Part shown: piece by piece, positions 1 through 8,446 of the stretch
Position numbering within the stretch: position 1 is the first letter of the stretch
Layout of the letters: each line of letters begins with the position of its first letter
Source: Vitrella brassicaformis CCMP3155
Lineage: Eukaryota > Protista > Chromerida
Length of the DNA stretch: 14,880 nucleotides
Direction of reading: 5' to 3'
Assembly: GCA_001179505.1 (NCBI GenBank)
Contig: CDMY01000863.1
Span: forward strand, 1 to 14,880
Translations under genes and position numbers: made by a program
Notes under the pieces: generated by a model
What the model was told of the DNA's origin: nothing
Databases searched by the model: none
Seen by the model: the letters and a program-made list of their open reading frames with translations, nothing else

Positions 1-1225
1 GTCCGAGGGAGTTGTAGAAGCGGCGTGCGGTGTCGAAGGACGGCTTGCCGTACAGGCGCACCATGCTCGCGTCGCTCCAGTCTGCGATGCGCTGGACGAA
101 GTCCCTGGACGCCCCCTGCTCGAGCGCCTACGTCGCTCCTCCCTTACGGAAGGAGTGGGAGGCGAATCGGTCCAGCGGTGTGCCGCCGAATTCCTGCTGG
201 TTGGCGTCGTGGAGAGCCTTCAGGGCCTTCCTGAGGGAGCTGTTGAAGTGGTCGCCAGTCACAGGGTCGTCTCGCCACTCCCCGGCACTGACGTCCACGA
301 TGCGGAAGAGGTGCCCGGACCTCGGAGCCTTCTCCCTCCTGTCCAGGACCAGAACAGGGGAGGCGCATGTGGCTACTTGCCTCGTCTGGGCTTACAGAAA
401 ATCGCGAAGTGTCTGTCCCAGGTCAGCGAAGGCTGGGGGTTGCTCGGAGAGGGGCACAAGCAGGCCCTGTCCGTATGGGTCATTCTTCTGTCGTTTGACG
501 TGGAGGCGGAAACCCTGGCCTCGCCCGAGGTCCGTCATGTCGTCCCTCGTGAGTGTTGTCACCTCCGAGATGCGCCTCATGCCGAAGAAGGCTATGAGGG
601 CCATGATGCCGTTCCTCGTGGTGCCCAGCGCCCCATAGTTCAGCCAGAAGGGGATGAGCCGCTGCAGCACCTCCACTGGGAGTGGTTTCTTCGGCCGATA
701 CGAGGCGTCCAAGGTGCGGTGGAGCCCCTGCAGGAAGAGGCGCACCTGCGGCTTGGTGAAGGGGGGCGGGGGGTGGTTGTGCACCTTGTGCCACGCCTGA
801 GTGGCCGACCGCAGCTGCTTCACCTGGGACCAGTGGCGGTCCTTTGCGAAGGCGGCGAAGGCCCAGATGGTCTTCTCGGGTGAGTCGAGTGGGAGGAGTG
901 ACGGGAAGTCATTCTCGGCGCGCCGCAGGACGCCCTCATACGCCTTCTGCGTCGATGGTGCCCAGACCGCCCCGAATGCCTTCCTGACCAGCTCGGCCAC
1001 TTCCGACGCGTCGCTCGGTGCTTGGAGGCGGTCGCTTGACGTGCCTTTGACCGTGCAGAGGCACGGGATGGGGGCAGCGAGGGAGTGCGCTTGCATCTGG
1101 GTGGGTGCGATGGTGCCTGTCCCCCTGCAAACTGCGCACACCGGCGATGACCTGAAGGCGCATCCATGACACGGAGAGGGGAGTGATGAGCGGCTGCATC
1201 TTGCTTCTTGGTATGCGTGCCGCAC
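1..1225 (-). pseudogene. Tyrosine recombinase (phage-integrase fold) of the DIRS element, interrupted by two in-frame stops
   Basis: ORF 392..1225 continues in the same frame through TAA (392-394) and TAG (128-130): FFGMRRISE (catalytic R), RQKNDP (K), FASHSFRKGGAT (HxxR), IADWS (W), VRLYG (Y, codon 50-52). No stop is reached before position 1. The ORF-track start at 1225 is GTG, so the true start is uncertain. Confidence 0.92.
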
Positions 1226-1470
1226 TCATGCACATCGCCACGCACTTGCCCGTGCCCCCCTATGGGTTGTATTATGTGTGTGTGTGCCTGCAGGTGGTTT
1301 GTCTGCCGCGTGTCCGGGCCATTGTGGCTGTCGTCACATTCACGTGCCATGCGCAGTCCCTGTTTGAGTATCATTGTGGCCATCGCCATACTCCTGTGTC
1401 AGTCGCGGTTCATGCACGAGGTGCTGTGGCTACCGTCATGATTCCTATGTGACCTGCCGTCGCCAACACT

Positions 1471-2748
1471 CTACGACTCGCTGCCCCTCGTGTGTCCGGA
1501 CAGGTAAAGTACGACCATGGGGAACGGGGCGGGTTGGCGAAAGTGCCATTGTGCATCAAACGACTCCTGTGCTTCTGACGCTGTCAGTAGGGTGTTCACT
1601 ACCCGTGCTCCTCGGGCCCAGCTACCCGCGACCTTGAAGCGTGAGTGCCGACTGTAGCCGCCCAGGATGGCCTCTACGCGGTCGCAGTGGCCGACAACCA
1701 CGACCGTCTGACGGTGGTGGAAGAACCACTCCATGGCCGCATCCATGGCCGCCAGCGTCTCGGCGGGGAGGGGTGTGAAGACTGTTGGGCCCTTGGCGTG
1801 CCCGCTGGGACCTTCCTCGGCTGCTGCTGTGTGGTGTTGGGCCGTCAAGGCCAACTAGGGGGACGAGCAGAAGAAGTGGTGCTCGCAGCGGATGTGAAGG
1901 CGCCTCTGCAGGGCTGACCACGACCTAGTTGTTAAGCGGTGGGGCACGTCGCTCGACGGCTCGGCCAGCCGCGACTGGGCGTCGGCCGCCTGGTTGTGTT
2001 CGCCCGGTATGTGGTGGGCGAGCAGCTGGCCTGCATCCACCGCCCTGAAGAGCTCGCCCAGCACACGCATGGGGCGGTGGTTGACTCAGCCCACTGCTGC
2101 CGTGTTGTCCGAGCGGATCAGAATGAGGTGCGACCCCCACTCTCTCGCCCATCGCTGGGCCGCAAACAGGATGGCGAGCAGCTCGCGGAAGTTGATGGAG
2201 GTGTGGTGGGGTGACAGCAGTGTGAAGTGGGGGGTCAGGAGGGAGGCGTTGAGGCCCGACGCCCTGCAGTCGAGGATCAGACGGACTTTCGTCTTGGTGT
2301 CGCCTGGGTCTCTCTTCTTCTCCACCACCCCAAGCGGATTGACGATGAAGGGGCGGTGGGTGCATGGCTCGACGAAGCCCTTGGTGATGAGACGCGTGAG
2401 TTCCGTCAGCACTGCCTCCCAGAAGTCGAAGAGCGAGTCGTAATTGCCCCGGTAGAAGGGCTTGAGCGGTCGGAAGATGAGAAGATCGACGCCTCTCTCC
2501 CAGTCGCTGACGACCGTCTCGTTGACGCCCCACGCCCGGGCTCTGGGTGGCCGCAGGCGGCCGCCTGCCGTCCAGGCTGAGATGCGGTGTGCCGTGAGTG
2601 GTCGCCACGACGACCGGCCTAGCCCTTGAGCGAAGTTTTGGATGTGCATGCTGCTTTCCAGTGATTTCCGAAGCGCATCGTGCGTGCCGTCTGTGTTGTT
2701 GTTTGAGCCCGTGGGTTGCTCAGTCGATTGGATGGAGACTGAAGGCAC
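1471..2748 (-). pseudogene. DIRS pol (RT N-terminus, RNase H, MT-like), with internal deletion and two in-frame stops
   Basis: ORFs 2086..2748, 1855..2070 and 1471..1854 share one frame, separated by TGA (2086-2088, in AAVG*VN where W is expected) and TAG (1855-1857). The RT motifs DLxxAY, LPFG and YxDD are absent: LNASLLTPHFTL is joined directly to LSPHHTSINFREL. Confidence 0.9.
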
Positions 2749-3077
2749 AGTGGACAGGCAGACGAGCCCGCATTCGTGTCATTAAAGCACAAAGCAATTG
2801 GTGTCTCGCCCCATGCAGAGTCTCGCTGACGCACGAACGACTGGCTCGACTGAGCCCTTGGGCAATGCTACTCAGAGCCTAACAGATGTCGCTGACTACT
2901 GGCCCGTGCGCTGCCTCTTACTCGGCCGCGGGGCGTTCGGGCAGTCTTTGCGCAGATGGTAGGCCGTGATGCCCAGTCCCTCGTAGACTCCTCGCAGACG
3001 GCGCAGGAGAGGATGATCGGCTGCGGGCACCTCGTGACGTGATGCCCCTTGGCCTCTCGCGGGTCCGTGATCTTGCC

Positions 3078-3186
3078 CTGACGTGGGCAAACACACACAC
3101 ACACGCAGCGATGAGACCAGGCGGTCTTTCTGTGCTGTGGGGCGAGACCAGGTGACGGTCTGCCTGTGCTGTGGTGCCCTGCGTAC
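3078..3186 (-). other. Putative spliceosomal intron in gag (109 nt, phase 0)
   Basis: CAG|GTACGC donor at 3186; (GT)n tract followed by TTTGCCCACGTCAG| acceptor at 3078. Removal joins CFSDNCLEYYIQ to GKITDPREAKGHHVTRCP, assembling a C..C..H-x4-C motif. Confidence 0.72.
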
Positions 3187-3363
3187 CTGGATGTAGTATT
3201 CCAGGCAGTTGTCGCTGAAACAGTCTTGTCCACCGCGCGGGACGAGACTGCCACCGGCTGGTGCACCGGGGGTGCCGCCGGCTGACGTGCCGGTGGGGCA
3301 GGGGGGCGCTGCTGGCCCATGTGAGAGCTGGCCGCTGCCGCGCGATGGACGAACGCGGGGGCA

Positions 3364-3486
3364 CTGAAGGTCAGACAGGGGAAGACAAATACGTACACAT
3401 ACAATACACACCCTCATGCACACGTCCATGCGCACACACCTACACACACACCCCACACACCCCTCCCTCCTTCCCTCTTTCCTTAC
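3364..3486 (-). other. Putative spliceosomal intron in gag (123 nt)
   Basis: ACG|GTAAGG donor at 3486, GT-rich body, branch-like CTGAC and polypyrimidine TTCCCCTGTCTGACCTTCAG| acceptor at 3364. Its style matches the host introns elsewhere in the window. Confidence 0.7.
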
Positions 3487-5080
3487 CGTGTTGCGCCGGG
3501 GCCGCTGCTGCTACTGCTACTGCTGCTGCCGATGGTGCGGGTGCGGGTGAGGGTGGTTGCGCGTGGGTGGGGTATGTGGGCTGGCGGCTCTGCTGTTGTA
3601 GGATGCTGATCTGGCTGGCCACCTGCCGCAGCTCGCTGCTCAATGCCGGGACGGCGCGCGCGACGAGGTAGAGGGGTGGCGGGGGAGCCACGCGCTGGCC
3701 AAGGTGCTTGGCCAGGGGCTCGCGCAGAGTGTCGTCGACGCCAGGGAGCTCGAAGTAGCCCTTGCTGCCGTCCCCCCCGCCCAGCACCGGCATCTTGGCC
3801 TCCTGCGCCACATCCTGCACTGTCTTGACGAAGCGGTGCACCTGCAGGTAGATCTGGCGGTCCTCTCCCTCGTCTGCCGTCGCCGTGTTGCCCTTCACGG
3901 TCATGAGCGCCGTCCACAGCTGTGCTGAGGTGATGTCCTTCAGTTGGATGCGGGTGCTGCCCCCTTTGATGGTGAGCTGGTCGTCCGCGCCCTTCTCGAA
4001 CGAGAGAGGCGGAGGGGGGAGCTGGTCGGCGAGGGCGGTCACCATGCGCTGCGCCAGCTTGCTGTCCTCGGTGAATGGGGATTGGATCTGCTTGGTGAGC
4101 TGCCGCTGCGCCGCCTCGGAGGTCCCTATCCGCTGCTCCAGCCCGCCCAGCCGCCCGCCGATGGACAGCATGCCCTGCGTCATCCGTTGCTTCAAGTCGC
4201 CGAGCTCTCTCTCCAACATCTCCAACCTCTGGTACCGCTCGATGTCTCCATCCACCCCTCCGCCCCCTGCGGGTCATCCTTTTGCAGCAGATCCACTCAT
4301 TCAACTTGTCTTTTGCACGCCCTCGTACGCCCTCACATACGGCTCGTATGAAGTGCTCTTCATTCAGGTGTGGGTAGTTCAGGCGTGCTGCCTTGACCTC
4401 TGTGATGAAGTCAGGAATGCTCACATCCGACTTGTCATCGAATGGGCGGAGGGTCACTGTTGGTTTGAATACATACTGCATGGCAGTCATCTGTGCCAGC
4501 CCGTTGGGCTGCCGCTATGCGTGCCATGCTGTGCTTGGTGTGGTGTATGGCCCTCCCCTCGATTCGTGGCTGCCTGTGGCAGCATAACTATGCTTGCTGT
4601 GTCATCAGTGGTGTGCAGACACACTCGATTCGTTCTGTGCCTCTTGTATCGCTGAAACACTGCCCACATTATCGTGTGAGGACCTCACTTTGTGTTGACG
4701 AGTCATTCGACGTAACACTTCACTCACACGTGCGTCTTGCTGACACGCTTCATACTCTTCTTTGGCTTAGCCTTGGCAACAGGCCTCGCCACCCGTGCAG
4801 AAGGTGGCTTCTGCGTGTCCCGACCACTTCGGGTCTTTGCCATTGTGTCCAGTCAGCCGTCCAAACACGATGTCACTCAGCAGACGTGTTGCGCTTCACG
4901 GCAGATGCACCAAAATGCTCCGGGGTGTCCCAGATGGAGCGGTATCTAGTGGAGAACAGGTGAGTGATGTATGCTCGCCGCCTATGTACAGTAATGTCAG
5001 CCAATGTGAAGTAGTTGTTCGTTGGCTGACGATTTGGAGACACAAAGAACCGGAACAGCTTTTACTGGTGTCCACACGCA

Positions 5081-5098
5081 ACACACACACACACACAC
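5081..5098 (+). repeat. (AC)n microsatellite in ASST intron 2
   Basis: Directly visible. Confidence 0.85.
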
Positions 5099-6844
5099 GC
5101 GCACGATGTCAATCACGGTATCAGTGAGGCGCGTTGGTAGCCACGCAGAATCGACGCGCTCTCTCTCCCCGATTTGAGAGTTGCCAGGGAAGGCCGCTCG
5201 GAACGACGGGAGAACTGGAGGGGAAGCAGAAAGTTGAGAGGCAGGAACACTACCAGATCTCGCCAGAGATGACCGGGATGGCCACCAATCGTGATGAGAA
5301 CACCAAAGAATGGCTAGAATGATCACTGGAAGGGAAAGCAAACGAAAGAACGCTCGTTTATTGTAGAATGGTCAGCAAAAGGTGTTCTCTGTCAGTCTGC
5401 GCGCTCATCGTAATAACAAACCAGCTTGATATGTCCGATATCTATATACTTTGTAATGGATTGTCTTCCTCTCCTTTGTACGTTCGCCGTCTGCAGTGCT
5501 GTCATCTCCCAATCGCTGGATCGGAAGCGATTCGTCGTGGAGGGCGCTGTTAGGCCATATGGAGATGGGCAGTACGAGTACATGCATCCGCGGCCAGGGG
5601 CGCTGCACGTGTCGGAGCTGACTTCCATTGCCGTCAGGGAGGGCGACACAGTCATCCCTGATAACCTGGACAGCCTCTTCAACGTCACTGGGGAGAAGAG
5701 CCGACAAGTGAAGGGGAGAACTGTCTTGGCCCGCGACAACAAAACGGTGGTCTTTTATGCTGATCAGCCCTTTGCCCTAGAGGAGAATGTCAGTGTCAAG
5801 TTCGGTCCCGGCCTGCGCGTGCGGCGCTCCGAAAGGCGTAAGAAAGAACATGAGGCAGGCTGCTACGAATGGAGCTTTTGGATACGAACGGAGTATGGGT
5901 CAGCGAGCGTGCAAACGATATTGCCGTTCGACTATTTGGATGAAAAGAATGAGCAGGAGGCGATTGAACTTGGATCGATACCCATGAATCGCTACCGTAC
6001 ACTCCCGACGTGGGCCGCGAAGTGGAGGCCATCTCCGGAGGGCGAGAAGGCCGCCTTGGACCCAAAAAACAAGGAAAACAAGGCAATTCGTGACGGAGAG
6101 CTTTATTACTTTGGTGTTGGAGGAAATTACGGAGAGCATATTGGCCAGAGTGTCATTACAACACGCGAGGTACAACGCATATACGGAATGGTGTTAATGC
6201 AGAGCCTGTTGTTGCTGCACATCAAACAGGGTGACCTAGTCTGGTGGGTGAAGGCGTCTGCAGGGGCCGGTATGCTTGGCGCGACACAAAATGGACGTTT
6301 GGCGCTATGGGACCAGAGGCCGAATGATGGTGCCATGGCTGTGTACGAAGTGAACTCCACATATCAGGTGGTCGACAGGTGAAGAAATCACTAGAGCAAC
6401 AACAGCATTCTTCTTTCCAATGCAAGATTTGACCAGACACCAAATGGGTCACGGCTACCCTTTAGACTATCATAACGCATTCTTTGATGAGGAGGGCAAC
6501 ACAATCCTGACAGGCAAGACCAAAGTCAATGGCGTCCTGCACAACGGTCAGACAGCAAGCAAGAAGGCAGTGGGGCTGTATGTGTGCCCTGTGTGCACAT
6601 GTTCTTCCCCTTGTTTCAGTGGTGCATGTGTTAGACGCCAGCACGAATGTGCTCCTGGAGTGGCGCAGCATCGATGATTTCATTGACGATGCCGATCCCA
6701 TCTTGCCGGGGGAGGCGGATAATGGAGATGTACGTGCCAGTTGCTCATTATAATAGTGTCTACATGTCTGCTTCCCCGCGTGCGTATGCCAGGTGTATCA
6801 CATCAATAATGCCGAACGGACGCCGGACGGTGAGCGCGGTCAGC

Positions 6845-6874
6845 AAACCGCATATCGTTAAACCGCATATCGTT
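6845..6874 (+). repeat. Perfect 15-bp tandem duplication (AAACCGCATATCGTT x2) in an ASST intron
   Basis: Copies at 6845-6859 and 6860-6874, directly visible, 27 bp before the gap. Confidence 0.9.
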
Positions 6875-6901
6875 GACCAGACTGTATTTCTCCTGACGGC
6901 A

Positions 6902-7201
6902 NNNNNNNNNNNNNNNNNNNNNNNNNNNNNNNNNNNNNNNNNNNNNNNNNNNNNNNNNNNNNNNNNNNNNNNNNNNNNNNNNNNNNNNNNNNNNNNNNNN
7001 NNNNNNNNNNNNNNNNNNNNNNNNNNNNNNNNNNNNNNNNNNNNNNNNNNNNNNNNNNNNNNNNNNNNNNNNNNNNNNNNNNNNNNNNNNNNNNNNNNNN
7101 NNNNNNNNNNNNNNNNNNNNNNNNNNNNNNNNNNNNNNNNNNNNNNNNNNNNNNNNNNNNNNNNNNNNNNNNNNNNNNNNNNNNNNNNNNNNNNNNNNNN
7201 N
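6902..7201. other. Assembly gap (300 N)
   Basis: Run of N. ASST motifs lie in the correct order on both sides, so the scaffolding looks right. Confidence 0.99.
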
Positions 7202-7749
7202 ATCCTCCCTTCTTCGGCCAGCACGATGCGCGACAGATGGCGAATGGGAACATCATCATGTAGGCTCGGTGTTGGTGCAGACGAATATATGCTGTTGTCA
7301 CAGGTATGACAACGGGCGTCGGTGGGACATTGGCGGAATGAGACCCTCACGAGTGCTCGAGTTGAAGTTGGACCCTAGAGAAGATGACCGCCACACGAGT
7401 GTGGTCCTTCACTCACCCATCCAAGTGATCCGCACGTACAGAGAGCGAAAGGGACAAAACAGAACGGCCCCTGTGTTATGTCGGTAGCCTGAGCAGCATG
7501 TGCTGCGGTGGCATCCAAATTGTCGACAACGGCAAGTGAGACGCACACGAGGATCAGGGTCCATCTGCCAGGTCACGTGGGCGGATCATTTCTCAGGGGC
7601 AGGCCCCAAACCGTGCTAATAGGATGGGGCAATGGAGGGCCTTTCTTCACCGAAGTGACGCATGAGGATCGCCCCCGCATAGTTCGCGAATTCGAAGGCC
7701 TTGCTGCGTCAGCCATTGCTGCACCACTGGGAAAGGCCTGTGCAAATCG

Positions 7750-8195
7750 TTGCCGCCAAAGAAGCCGCCCCCTGCATGATGCGTGTGCATAGAATGCATG
7801 TTTGGTGCTGTTGTTTGCTCGTATCCACCTGAAAGCACGGCCCCCAGTGGGTAGTCCTTAGGCTGCTCGGGCTCCACCGACGAATGCAGCATCATAACAA
7901 TCTGAATCACCTTCTCCTTGACCGTCATCCGACTCACCAGGTCCTCGATCGCCGCCTCCATCGGCGCATCCTTGCTGACCTTCGACACTGCTTGGACATC
8001 GTGGGCAGGCTTCCCCCCGACGTCCTCAGCCTCGTCGCGGGTGACGGTCGGGTTGCGGTCGATTGTAGCGTGCAGCGGGCAGTTGTCTTCCGAGTTGGTG
8101 ACTAGATAGGACATCATCCAGTCCTCGAGGGTTACGTTGGTCACTGACGCGTTGGAAAGGAATGGGATGCTCAGGTCGCTGCACGTCAGGGGCGA
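7750..8195 (-). pseudogene. Glycoside hydrolase family 3 (beta-glucosidase/exo-glucanase type) N-terminal fragment
   Basis: IEDLVSRMTVKEKVIQ...KDYPLGAVLSGGG matches the GH3 N-terminal signature (LLxxMTLxEKxGQ...IGSVLSGGG) with similar spacing. Acceptor at 8196 follows a (CT)n tract; there is an in-frame 57-nt intron at 7772-7828. The following GH3 motif (GxDAVHG) is not present. Confidence 0.72.
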
Positions 8196-8234
8196 CTGCG
8201 GGGACGTATGTGATATCACACGCAAACTCCAGGC

Positions 8235-8256
8235 AGAGAGAGAGAGAGAGAGAGAG
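8235..8256 (+). repeat. (AG)11 microsatellite; polypyrimidine tract of a minus-strand intron (8196-8321)
   Basis: Directly visible. Confidence 0.9.
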
Positions 8257-8446
8257 GGCCGGGGCAGTGTGTAGATACGTGATGGCCCTGCCCCTGCGGC
8301 TGTGCTCGCGCCTGGTCTCACCCTGGATAAGAACTGGCGGGCCGTTTCCTGGCCTTGTTGGCGGCCAACAGATCCAGTGAATTCGTGGCAGTCTCGTTTT
8401 TTGCTTGGGCTGATTCCCACAGATTGAAGGCCGTCGTGTTTCTTCC

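Larger units (their letters stand above)
1..4490 (-). mobile_element. Degenerate DIRS-group (tyrosine recombinase) retrotransposon; 3' end outside the window, 5' terminus not resolved (somewhere in 4490-4720)
   Basis: Collinear minus-strand gag-like ORF with CCHC-type knuckles, RT N-terminus (GFVEPC..PFIVNPLGVVEKK..VRLILDCR..LN), RNase H (SINFRELLAI..IRSDNTAAV..HIPGEHNQAADAQSR), MT-like segment and a tyrosine recombinase with the full catalytic set. This gag-pol-YR order is diagnostic of DIRS-order elements. Confidence 0.92.
2896..4490 (-). pseudogene. gag-like gene of the DIRS element, apparently spliced, frameshifted, with two C-terminal zinc-knuckle-like motifs
   Basis: N-terminus FDDKSDVSIPDFITEVK..VRGRAKDKLNEW resembles retrotransposon Gag. 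A frame change near 4255-4300 leads into a coiled-coil region (ERYQRLEMLERELGDLKQRM). C-terminal CFSDNC..GHHVTRC and CAVC..YHLRKDCP precede a stop at 2896-2898. At least 2-3 frame changes are needed. Confidence 0.72.
4728..7710 (+). pseudogene. Secreted arylsulfotransferase (ASST) family protein with N-terminal Ig-like (Big_5-like) segment; multi-exon, disrupted, 3' end missing
   Basis: Exons ~4728-4803, 4905-4959, 5188-5370, 5497-6169, 6230-6378, 6437-6546, 6620-6729, 6793-6829, [gap], 7202-7259, 7304-7424, 7488-7535, 7597-~7710, joined by phase-consistent GT-AG introns. Spliced motifs: GDLVWW, GHGYPLDYH, VLLEWRS, DVYHINN, FFGQHDAR, MYDNG, SRVLELKLD, HPSNLSSMCCGGIQ, VLIGWG..FTE. Signal-peptide-like N-terminus starts at ACG (4728) instead of ATG. 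Exon 3 has two stops, and there is a +1 frameshift near 7373-7376 (LDLEKMTATRVWSF is restored by removing one C). Confidence 0.8.

Noticed and set aside
25-1169. Plus-strand ORFs 30..638, 155..883 and 801..1169
   Set aside because: Antisense shadows of the GC-rich YR frame, with no recognisable motifs.
1-1225. Stand-alone Crypton or phage integrase
   Set aside because: The YR is collinear with RT/RNase H remnants and gag, which identifies a DIRS-order element in eukaryotic DNA.
4490-4727. DIRS terminal repeats (ITR/ICR or split direct repeats)
   Set aside because: No partner repeat is visible because the other end lies outside the window. The subgroup (DIRS-like, PAT-like or Ngaro-like) cannot be assigned.
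6647-7350. ORFs spanning the N run
   Set aside because: Artefacts of translating N as X.
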